64,000 nucleotides of DNA, from the NCBI GenBank assembly GCA_046563655.1, contig CM102285.1, positions 3,906,001-3,970,000 on the forward strand, written 5' to 3'. Below the pieces are notes generated by a model, which saw only the letters and a list, made by a program, of their open reading frames with translations, did no database searches and was not told the DNA's origin. The stretch comes from Yuukianura sp. NJ FZ-2021. Lineage: Eukaryota. Positions 25,178-36,361 of the stretch are shown here, one piece after another; the first letter of the stretch is position 1, and every line of letters begins with the position of its first letter. Position numbers and translations under genes: made by a program.

Positions 25178-27438
25178 CTAGTCGATGAAAGTATCAGATT
25201 GGCCATCTTCCGGAACCAAAATGCCCTTAAGCTTCTTGTACTGATCTCGAGTTAGAATGTCCTGGAAGTGCAGGTAGAGTTCAAATGGTCGGTTTCCGAC
25301 GAGCCCTTCTCCTTTCAACGCTGCTTCCAGTTCCTTGAACGAGAACATCCCATAAGGTTGTTTGGCAGAGGCGCAGAGTTTGTCGAAGAATTTTTCAGCA
25401 TAATCGTTGAAAGCAGCACACAATTGGTCAATCTCTCGTGGGCTCTTGGCTTCATTTTGAAGTAGAAAGTGTGTTCGAATCAGCTTCTTTGGGATTAAGT
25501 TCGTGTTTCCGAATAGCGTTCCTTTGCTGATTTTTTTCGGACGCTCATCTTCATCGTCATCCTCGAGGGATGGCGCGCGACGCTTTCTTAGTGGTGATGC
25601 CACAGTTGGAGACGATCGACTTGGAGCAGAATTGATTTTCGCTGTTCTTGAGGTCTGTACCGGAGGGGAATTGGCATCCGTCTCTATTACTGGAGCAGCA
25701 TCATCTTCGTCGTCCAATCTCGGTGTTGTAGAAGGCGCCAGAATTTGAATTTGATTGCTGGCTTTTGCCGTACGAGTAGGGCTAGGAGATGTAGTATCTT
25801 TATCTCTAAAACGCTTAGTAGTTGAAGAAGTACGGTTGGCAGCCGAAACCGGAGCATCATCACCATCCAGATGCAATTCATGTGCTGCTGATGACGACAA
25901 AATTTCAGTGATGTCGTTTGATGCGGGATTAGTTCGAAAAGATCGGCGCCGATTATCTTTAGAACCTTTAGTAGTTGAAGCAGTAGTGCATGTGCTGGTA
26001 GCCGAAACCGAAGCAGCGTTACCACCTAGATCCAATTCATGTGCTGCTGATGACGGAAAAATTTCAGTGATGTCCTTCGAGGTGGGATTAGTTCGAAAAG
26101 ATCGCCGCCGATTATCTTTAGAATTAGAACCTTGAGTAGTTGAAGCAGTAGTGCTGGTAGCCGAAACCGAAGCCTCATTACCATCCGGATCCAATTCATG
26201 TGCTGCTAATTGAGATGGTGGCGTTTGAGCGATGTCCTTTGATGCAGGATTAGACCGAGAAGATCGTCGCCCATTATCTTTAGAACCTTTAGTCGTTGAA
26301 GCAATAAAGCTGGCAGCCGCAGAACTTTGAACAACTGTACCGTGTAGCTGAGATGGGTTCACATTTTGACTCAGTTGCGACTGTGACATACTCGGATGCT
26401 CATCATCATTGCTATTATGGAGCAAAGCCGAACGGGCTTCCGGTTCTGGTAGCTGCAATGCTCTTGGTCCAGACACTTGCGCTGAGTTGCTTGTCGGTAC
26501 GGGTGACGGTGGAGCCGAAACCGAAGCATCATTACCATCCGATTCGTGTGCTGCTGATTGAGATGGTGGCATTTGAGCGATGTCCTTTGATGCAAGATTA
26601 AGTCGAGAAAGTCGAACTCCTGTTATCTTTAGGAGCCTTTGGTAGTAGTTGAAGCAGTAGTGCTGGCGGCCGAAGAACTTTGAACAATTGTACCGTATAG
26701 CTGAGATGGGTTTACGTTTTGACTCAGTTGCGGTTGAGAAAAAGATGGGCGCTTAGGCTCCCTTGGTTTCTTAGATGTAAGAGCGGGAGATTGCTCAGTG
26801 CTCGTGTCCGGATCAATGCCTTCCAGGTGTCGATTCGTCAAGAGATTTCGCTTCGGAGGAGATCGAGCGATTTTTTTCTTGGCGGGTTGTGGAGTTGGGC
26901 CATCCAAAGTGGGTCGGTGCAATTCGGATTTGCGTACACGGCGAGTACGTTGATTAGATTGTGCCGGAGTTGGAAGGTATTGCGTGGGCGCCGCACTTCT
27001 TGGCATAGGTGTCAACTTATCGCTGAGCCAATTTCGCCTTGCCCCAGAGCTTACTGGTGTAGATTGAAACATTTCCTCGCCGCTTCCTAAGTCAAGCTCT
27101 CGGTTTGGCGGGGACCCACTGGTTCGAACTCTACTACTTTTCCTCGGCAGTGGTTCTCCCTTTTTCGCGTGGTTTTTCCATTCTCTTGAGAACTCATGGC
27201 TAGAGTATGGCCGATCATCATCGTCGTCATCGTCGCTAAGGATTGGTTCGAGCCCTTTCGATTGGGAATTCGCTTGGTCAGCTCCTTCCGGTTCCGTAAT
27301 GCTTCGCCTGGCATATACACTGCTTCTTCTCGGCAATGGTTCTCCCTTCTTAGCACGTTTTTTCCATACGTCGACGAACTCTTCAGCATCATATGGTCTG
27401 TCATCGTCTTCATCGAATTCATCATCGTCTGATGCCAT
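25178..27438 (-). CDS. Putative CENP-T-like kinetochore protein: long disordered repeat-rich N-terminus plus C-terminal histone fold
   Basis: Two ORFs in different frames (27438-26629 and 26572-25178) can be joined in frame by a 74-nt GT..AG intron at 26693-26620, giving 728 aa. The C-terminus LIPKKLIRTHF...DYAEKFFDKLCASA...FKELEAALKGEGLV...LYLHFQDILTRDQYKKLKGILVP resembles the CENP-T histone fold and its extension. Confidence 0.65.
25850..26730 (-). repeat. Intragenic tandem coding repeats (TKGSKDNRRRS.R.NPASKDI...SAAHELD.DG..ASVSA), ~5 imperfect units
   Basis: Recurring DNA motifs GCCGAAACCGAAGC, AATTCATGTGCTGCT and TTATCTTTAG. The SQ.QLSQNVNPSQL.GT.VQSS block occurs twice. Confidence 0.85.
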
Positions 27439-28369
27439 TTGTTGTACGTCTGAAAAAGTTGAAATATCATTAACCTCAGGAATTATGTCTCACTATGATT
27501 AACTAGTTTTTAAACTAATTAACTCAGTTAACTTTAGCAGTTAGTCCTATTTTCAAGAAAGCAAACTCCTGAAAAATAAAAACTTTCTGGGTTGCAGTCT
27601 CATTTCTGCAGTTCGGATCCATGATCCATTATCAATCACCTAACCTTGAGTTGGGTTAACCTTACTTGTGTGATGTAACTGTAGTGCTGCTGCTGCTGTA
27701 AGTTGTACACAAATAACGACGATGATGATGACTTTGATTGTTTGATTTTCAGTTTGTTCAATTCAATTTGAAGTGGAACTTGTGGAACAGCGGAAGTTCG
27801 GAAGGAGGGAAGAGTTGCGGTAAGGTTTAGCGGACATCATTGTAGCTGCACGTTGTGGCCACTCTGCGAATCAGGGTTGGTAGAGGTATCCTCCACCCAC
27901 CCTGCTGCGAATATAATTACTGGCTATGCTGTGTTGTAACTTATGTTGTCGCTTATAGGTTAAGCTGACTGCATAAGTTGCCACTTAAAAGTTTGGTCAT
28001 AGGTCAGGTAGAGGTATTAGGCTAACAAAGGGTGGGTACGAGGTGAGACTACAATGACGATCGTTAGTCCTTAAAGCGTCCGGCGGGAAAACAATAACGA
28101 GGAGAGGTGCTCCTAATCCTCGGTTTTATCAGACTGCTGCACAAAACCGACTTCGCATAAAAATCCTCTTTCTTACCGCTTCCCATAAAGCAGTGCTTTC
28201 CCATTGTAGCCACGTAGTCTAAACCAACCGCCACAACATTGTAACCACCCGTTACTTCTACAAAGAGATTACGGCCGGTAAAAGGTATACTAAAAGAACT
28301 ATCCGCTTGACTTTAGGCATAAAAATGAACGTTTATTTATCGTTTAACTCCGAAGTGATATTTGACGAA

Positions 28370-31300
28370 TTACTGGATATTCACCTCGAGCGGTAGAGGT
28401 CCATGTACAAAAAGAATCGTCTTGAGATGAAGAATCTCTTGGTGATGGGCGTATAGGTAGGCTCTAGTTTCCCACATGATTTTTACCAGTACTTCTTCGT
28501 TCACTTCATCCAGGTCTACCATCTGAGAAAGGTTGGGTGAAAATCTAAAGAACGGAACTCCCAATGCAGCACACCAAGCCCTTGATCGCTCGACGACTTG
28601 ACCCTCTGTCTGAGTTGCCTTTTCCAAATAACAAAAATCGATACAGAATGATTCTGAAAGCTAAAAGTATTTAACTTAAATATCAGATCACCGCAATAAC
28701 ATACCTGCTCCACTAGAAGGGCAATTATATTGGCGATTTTAGGTACTTTGACTATGGCATCCCAAACTCCTTCAGGTCGCGCAATGTCATAATGTACAAA
28801 ACTGGCTTGTACGCGAGGCTGAACACCAGTTCCGAGCGAAACCACTACTGACGGAAATTTGCTATCAATTTCACTGCTCTCTCCAACGGCTCTCATAGCT
28901 GCGCCAAACTGAGTAAGTTCAGTGAGGGCATCCAGCGTGGGATTGTTCGCAACCAATCCACCTAAACAAAGATTAAAATATTAAAGCTGTTTTATATCTC
29001 ATAGAACCAAGTAACTGTTGTTGGTCAGCCGTACCATCGATGTACTTTGTATCAAGTTTGAAGTAGCTCGGTGCTGCGCCCGTAGCCTTTGCAACCTCCC
29101 ATATGAAGAGATCTTCTGGTCCTCGCGTACATGAATCACTCTCGCCGAGAATGACGGACGGTGACAGGTAATTTCGGAAGAAATGAAAGTCTGCAGGCCG
29201 TTGGTTAGCAATTGCAGTTGATACCATGACTCTGTCAATGAAAAATTTTAAATGAATCTCATAAACTGGGATAATAAAAATAATTATTAAAATCAAGTTT
29301 AGAAGTTAGTAACTTGAAAAATATACATCAAATGTTTAGCCAACCTCGGTCTAGTGAGCATGCTCATTTTAGTTTCAGCTCCAAACTCCTGCTTGAGGAA
29401 TTCTTCCATCTTTTCCGAGCTGTAAGGTCTACCTCCAGTGAAAACTTTGTCTTTCAAGCGAAGATACAACGCTTGGATCTCAATAGGGCTCTTACCAATG
29501 GCCAGACATAGAGCCAAAATCCCTTCAAGTAAAAATCGATCCAAATAAGTGCGACACAAGGCCAATGACATGAAATCATATTCTGGATGTTAATTCGAAA
29601 CTTTTTACAAACCTCCGGTCGAAGTTCCGGAAACCCAGTCAAAGACTTCAACAACCGGAACACCGAATATCTGCAATTACAAACAAAAACCGAATGTGAA
29701 AACGTTTAAAAGTTAAATGATTTGAAGTAACTTATGCAAGAACCTTTTGAATGTAAATGAGGATTTGGGTTAGGACGAGTCCTCTTATTCCACCTCCGTC
29801 CAAGCATAATAGACGTCCACCTACGTGACCCGAAAAATTGTCTCGCATGGCAGAACCAATCGCACAATTTTTTTCCTTGCCACCACTTTCTTCTTTTTGC
29901 GAATTTGAGACGCTGGAACGACGAGATCGAGAGAGCACTTCTCGACTAGACGAAAATGCTTCGAGAGCTTGGTGGACCATACTCAAATCCGAAACTCCTA
30001 TATACGTTTCCGGAGGAACTCCCTTGTAAACGTCATTAAAACGACATCCTTCGGCACATTTTCCCTTCAAAGACTCTGGACAGCTAGACAAATAAACTTT
30101 AGATTGTTACAGACACAAACTTTTAGCGTTAGCACATAATAAAATACAATACCACACGGCTCCGCAGCTATCTAAAATGAAGAGCACTTGATCCTTGTTG
30201 CTCCTTTTCGAAGTCGCCACTAAGTGTCTAGCGCTGAAACCCTGTTCATTCTTAAGGTCCAGATCAGCGTCAAACCCAATTAGAACCTGACGAATCAAAA
30301 TGAAGAACGAAGCAATCAACATGGAGATCAGTTCTGAGTAACTAAAATTAATGTATCGTTTTAAGTAGAAATGGAAGGAACATGCAATCAATGTTGTCGT
30401 AATTCAACCGACAATCATTAACAGATATTTGAAATAAAGCGACACTCACCTGAACAATAGTCGCTGAGCAGATTCCGGCAGCGACATGCAGCGGGGTGTT
30501 TCCCAATTCGTCCTTCATGTCGGGAAACGCACCATGACAAAGCAATGCTAAACATCCTTTTAAATTACTTCGTCTTGCCTGACAATCATATTTACAAAAC
30601 GAAAACTGATGTGAGATCTGTTAGAACAACAAGATTGCGAAGCACTGACTAAACCCACAGTACCTACATGTAAATGAAGAGGAGTCTCGCCTTTTTTGTT
30701 GCGAAGGTTGGGATCTCCACCACGGTCAAGGATTAACTGTAACGCCTCTAGTCCGATTGCCTGATGTAGGGCAGCATTACCGTCAACTTCATCCTTAATT
30801 GAAAAAAGTCAGCAACATTTTAGCGTTTGAAATTAAAAGGATATTGGGCCGTTGGCCCACGGATGGGCAAGGAGGGGGGGCAGCCAGGGAAAAAGGGGTC
30901 TGGCGGCCGAAGGCCGCCAGAGGGGTCCGGATTTTTGAGCAAAAATTTAAAAAATCTTGGAGCCTAGATACTCATTACGGCGTTTCCTGACCGTGTTAAT
31001 CGTGCTCAAATTGACTTTTCTCCTCAAAAATCTCAAAGTTTCTTGCGCCTTCGGCGCAACACATCGTTTTCGGGGTGTTTTAGCCATCTAACCGGGGTCA
31101 AATTGACTTTTAGTCAATGAAATCTGAAAATTTTTTGCACAAATATAGCTTTTGCCGTTAATTTCGTCGCCACGAATCGAAATTTTTTGGCAATTTTTTT
31201 TCCAGTTATATAATTTACGATTTTCCAAAAACCGATGACCGGAGGGGGGGGGGAGGGGTGTAGATTCCCTTCTCAGGGAGGGGTCTGGCGTCAGCGACCT

Positions 31301-32791
31301 TGCCCATCCGTGCGTTGGCCAATTCTTGGACCAATTTCTGTTGGGTGGGATTTGGGATTGGTAGTTCAAACCGAACCTGCAGGTTAATTTGGTCATAAGA
31401 GTTGGACAGAAGAGCTTCCATTATAGCAAGAGGAAAGTCGTTCTTTAGTGCAATGGCGAAGGGGTAGCCGTGATGTAATGTTCGTTTGAGAGGATCGCAT
31501 CCAGCACCAAGGAGAATCTAGTAGTAATCAACAAATAAAAGTTAAAATAATTTCAGTTTGTATCACTTGGGTAGCTAATAAATTGTTTCAAACCTCGACA
31601 TTTTGAGGCAGGTTGAGTTTGCACGCGATTCCAAGCGGGGTAAGGCCTTCACCATTGTACTGATCGAGCAAGGGGAGCATAGACTTCGGAAGTTTAGCAA
31701 TTACTAACTGTCACATCAAATCAAAGGTGAACTTGATTAGGATTTGACGATACGTGTTCGGTTGAATTCTGTATCAAAACTTGGCATTAGAGATATACCT
31801 TCAGAGCTTCCGGTGACGATTTGCCAGCAAAATGAACAACGTTATTTCCTAGCAGATCTCTAGCGTGCAAATCTGCATTCACATTTAGTAGCTCGTTTAC
31901 AGATTCAACTGCTTTAGCTTCAAGCGCAACATGCAGTGGGGTCATTCGGGTTGGTTCTGGTTGCGCGTTCAGGTATCTGTTCAACAACAAAAACAAGTGA
32001 CCCAAAGATTTGTGGGTTCTAGTGCAAAAATGAAAAGCCGGTCAACGCATACTCACTGCTTCATTAAATCGGTGTTTAGAGCCTTTGCATAGTTTAAGCA
32101 AACGGCAAGATGGGCTGGGGTCCATCCTTCCGAGTAAGGCTCACGCAGCTTATCACAGATTTTTTGGAGACTAGTTGTATCACTCATCTACAACGAAAAA
32201 GAATTATAGCATTACTTATCCATTAAAAGTTTTCAAGCGTTTGAAGTTCATTCAGAAGATAGATTGTTACGTACAGCAGTAGGCTCAGTTTTGACCAATA
32301 CTCCAATACATTTACTATATCGATTGAAAGTTGCCGTTGCTTCTAGCTGATCATCTGATCTTAACAGGTACCACATGCGGTGAGAAACAGGATGATGGAG
32401 AATGATGTTCCACTGCCTACTTGGCCCTGTGTAGGTTCCAGACTCATCTCGTTCACGAAGAATGACAATAGAAAACTCATCCCTACGTCTCACATGAGAT
32501 CGGGAAACCTGCAAGAATTGACTGACAATTACGGAATTCCGTACAACAACGTAAGAGGCTAGCTTAATTAGATATACCCATAGGTAACTGTTAGTAGGTA
32601 ACTGAAAGATAAAAAAAAAGCCTTACGTCCTCTATGGCTACTTTTCCGGTAACTTCTTGAACTGTATATGGCGTGTTTGTTATAGTAGATGCACCGCTGA
32701 CAGCGGCAGTTAAATCGGTGACTACCCTACTGGCACTGGCAATCCGATCGACCAATCCACCGAAAAAACCTTTCCCTCCATCTGATGCCAT
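28370..32791 (-). CDS. PLA2G6: Calcium-independent phospholipase A2 beta (ankyrin repeats plus patatin domain), multi-exon
   Basis: Ankyrin repeats (GWTPAHLA, MTPLHVA, GLTPLGIA, GETPLHL, GNTPLHVA). Patatin motifs LLCLDGGGIRG, FDWVSGTSTG, ATGAAPSYF, YIDG|GLVANNPTLDA, VVSLGTG, RAWCAALGVPFFRFSP. Confidence 0.95.
30858..31312. mobile_element. Non-autonomous DNA transposon (455 bp) in an iPLA2 intron
   Basis: 15-bp TIR CACGGATGGGCAAGG at both ends. 8-bp TSD CGTTGGCC at 30850-30857 and 31313-31320. GC-rich interior. Confidence 0.9.
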
Positions 32792-33168
32792 TTTCACCAC
32801 CAATACTGTTGAAAATCGGAGCCTGCTTAATTGTTTCTACTTCTAAAACTCGAATTTCCGGTATAACTAAACCAAATTAACGAAAACCTTACATAAATGA
32901 ATCAGATTTAAGGAGCGACCTGTCACTTTTAGCCAGTCAGCTGATTGGAATTTGGACAGTGATGTGATGTAATCACTTGAGTCGGCAAGGCATATCTCAT
33001 GGGGACACTAATTCTATGAAAACTCAGATGGAGGAATCATACTCTAATTGACGACCACTCCGTAGGTCACAATGGGAAATCCCATGCTAATGCAAACTAT
33101 ATGTGCAAAAAACTCTCTGTGTGGAAGAGTGGAACGATCCTGGGGTGTACCTTTAACATTGCTTCTCC

Positions 33169-34072
33169 CATAGAGTTGTCAAGACGACGATTTTTCGTTT
33201 TTCTTTTAACTAGAGTGGACATGAGGCATTTTTTCAACAAAATTTTTGAAGCAAATTAAAAGAGGTAAAAAAACCGATTTCACCTGAACTTTAAGCCCGG
33301 TTCTCACGACGAAATTCAAACGTTCTTTCAAACTTTCTCAAATTGTTGATAAAAAAAAAGTTAAAAAGACAGTCAAATAATTTTTGACTTCCAAAGGGTG
33401 GATCTTTGGTTGGTGAATCGTGGAGCCAAATTAACTTCTTGCTAATTAACTTTACTGCAAGTGGGATTTGTAGAGAAAGGTTGTGGCAGTACTTTAGATA
33501 CTTTAGAAGGATATCCATAACTTCTGAGCTACAGCAGCTTGAACACCCGTGTCAGGTCCATAGTTCCTAAATCACGGGGAAATGACCTGATTTCTGGTAA
33601 TTTCTACCATTGATAGATACTTATTAGTAAGTAGATAGTAACTTAGATGTAGATAGGTGGTTTAGATGTAATTAACTTAAGTATCAGTAATTTAATTAGA
33701 ATTAGTAAATAGTAACTTCAATTTAACTTTTTGCAAAAGCAATTTCAGCAGCAGAAGCAATTGTTGGGTTGCTGCCGCTGCCACCTCTTCTTGGCACACT
33801 ACTAGTCACCATTTGTATTATGACAGATATGCGCGGATATTTTGTCTAAAAAAAAAGCTGTTTTTCGTATTTTTATTCATAATTTTAGAAATTTTGAAAA
33901 CTGAAAATCTAAATTTCGTCGTTTGTGTGAACCGGGCTTAAAGTTCAGGTGAAATCGGTTTTTTACCTCTTTTAACCTCTTTTAATTTGCTTCAAAAATT
34001 TTGTTGAAAAAATGCCTCATGTCCACTCTAGTTAAAAGAAAAACGAAAAATCGTCGTCTTGACAACTCTATG
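33169..34072. mobile_element. Non-autonomous P-superfamily-like element (904 bp) with ~140-bp TIRs
   Basis: Near-perfect long inverted repeats starting CATAGAGTTGTCAAGACGACG. 8-bp TSD GCTTCTCC at 33161-33168 and 34073-34080. The superfamily is inferred from the CAT terminus and 8-bp TSD. Confidence 0.9.
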
Positions 34073-34173
34073 GCTTCTCCAATCTCCAAGCACAGACTTC
34101 CACAAATTCCATCTCAACTCAGAAACCAAAAGGAGGGGCTTGCCCCCCCCCAGCCTTTACAATACATTTTCGA

Positions 34174-34323
34174 TTCAACTAGACGGAACCCGTGATGTTT
34201 ACACGCACTAGGTCATAGCTCGGGTCAAACGAAAAAGCTAGCGGATTTTTGACAAAATGTTCAAAATCATCGTTCCTTCACGTCATCGTGATGTGTGAAC
34301 ATCACGGGTTCCGTCTAGTTGAA
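34174..34323. repeat. Short inverted-repeat element (~150 bp), probable MITE
   Basis: TTCAACTAGACGGAACCCGTGATGTT at the left and its exact reverse complement AACATCACGGGTTCCGTCTAGTTGAA at the right. No clear TSD. Confidence 0.7.
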
Positions 34324-35180
34324 ATAAATTAGCTGGCGATTTCCCTGCTGAAATTGCGGGAACGCATACGACTCTGACACTGAATGAGAGCATTCTATCT
34401 GGATTTTAAGGAATGCACCTTCGCGTTTAAAAAAAAATTCAAACACATTAAATACATAGTACCTACATAATTTTAACTTATAAATTATTTTATATACGGA
34501 ATTTCTGAAGTTTTGATATTAAATCAAAAATGTGACGCAACAATGTTTTCGCTTTTCTCTAAAATTGGAGGGTACAGTCTATACGGAAAAGCACCTATTT
34601 TTCGCAAAGTTAAAAATATTAAGTTAGGTTTCTAACTATTAAAACCAACGACAGAGGAAAAAAGTAGCAAGAAGGCATACCAGTCGGTAAGAAATTTATT
34701 TCGAGGAGGAATTCAACAACTTTTTTTCTGGAATCGCGTTGAACAATTTGATTAGTGATTTTTTGAAAAATATTAGCGCAATGAAATTCAAAAAGTTTGT
34801 TCCAACTATCGTTTCCATTTCATCAATTTTATGGTATCGTTGCCGAATCCTAAAATTAAATAGTTCATTGCGATTATTTGGTCAACGGTCGGAATCAACC
34901 CCAATTGTGCTGACGGCACGCGTCCTTGTTCTAAAAATTCTTCGTCATTAAGGATGCTAATCAAGTGGAAGAAATAGTTTTAGGATAGAAACTATTCTGC
35001 AGCCACCGCAAATACTTGAACTGGTTTCGAATAAATTTGATGATTCAAAAGTTAGCCAATCACAGTTACCAGCATCTTTGATGCTTTTTTAATGGCATTC
35101 AATCTTCATTGAATCATCAATCGCTTTTTGAATTTTCAGCGATTAGAGTTCTCACTTTTTCTCAACAGTCTACAACAACA

Positions 35181-36113
35181 ATGTTTAAGTACGTAGCATC
35201 TCTTTTGGTGCTAGGATTTGCAACAATTTCAGTTGCAATTCCTAGAGGAGTTGGAATCAACGTTCGTGATTACTTTGAGCAGCGATGTCGACCAGACAAG
35301 GGATTCATTACCGAAAGTTTTGAAGATTGGGTAAACCCATTTTTTGAAATTCATTTTTAGATTCCTGTTTCAAAATTATTTCGTACAGAAATTTTAACTT
35401 GGACTGATTGTTTGAAATGGGAAATTTTAAAGTTTATTCCAATTGTAGATGGGGAATTTAACTCTCGGGACTCCATTGTACTTTCCATTGATGAGCAATT
35501 TAGACCTTTTGCGACTGACGCAGGACTTGTTTCGACAGTCGGATTTGAGCTTCCTGACGAAAGAACAAGTACTCAATTCCTGTATTACGATGGAAAATGA
35601 TGGAGCCCACTTGACGTTCAATGGCTACTGCGGCCAAAGTTTCAACAAGGATCTCATCCCTGTCGTTTCAAAAGTCTTCAAGTGGAAAAAACTTTTTCTG
35701 GGTGGTTAGTACTACTTTTAATTTATATTCAACTTTTAGTGACATTTAAAGGTCAAATTGTTGACCTTTTACTTGGCTTGTTTTTAATCTGCATTGTTCA
35801 ATTGGACTCATAGTTGCGTTGTTTCTTGGCAGGAGTCGGCGGTTCTTTCCGCATTTCTTTGAGTGACAGCAAATCGTGGCAAGTTGTTGACGTATGTTGG
35901 GGAGATGGACAACGGAGCTTCGCCGTAATTTCCTTGTACCCCACCCTTTCTCGTTGCACGCTAAAAACCATCGTGGAGCATGTCAAGGCCATTGGATTCC
36001 AAGAACAATTCTACACTGGACTTAAGTATGACCAAGTCACCTGCGCATGTCAACGAAATCGAATTCCACTGGAACTTGAAGATCCGTATTCCACGTACGA
36101 AGGTTACTACTAA
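35181..36113 (+). CDS. Secreted protein, possibly lipocalin-like, 3 exons, 227 aa
   Basis: Exons 35181-35330, 35449-35701 and 35833-36113 total 684 nt. Signal peptide MFKYVASLLVLGFATISVA. The C-terminal SDSKSWQVVDVCW..FAVISLYPTL..IVEHVKAIGF..YDQVTC recalls a lipocalin C-terminal pattern (fold call is inference). Confidence 0.75.
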
Positions 36114-36361
36114 AGTTCATCCTAAACTGTGAAATGTTTGACATAGAGGCTACGTTCAAAGGCTCAAAAACAGACTATTGACTTGCACTGTTTTTTTTTT
36201 CAATTTGATTAAAATTTTTATTTAATTTTATTTAATTTTAATTTATTGATAAAAAATTTGACACGTTATCTACTGCTACGGTTGCACCAACCAAGGTTGA
36301 TTTTTTTTTTGTCAAAATGTTGGCCTATTTGTCACTACTCATCAACAAAACGCATAATTTG

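Noticed and set aside
30799..31421. ORFs 30799-30990, 31088-31396 and 31215-31421
   Set aside because: They run through the intronic transposon or are exon read-through of PLA2G6, so they are not independent genes.
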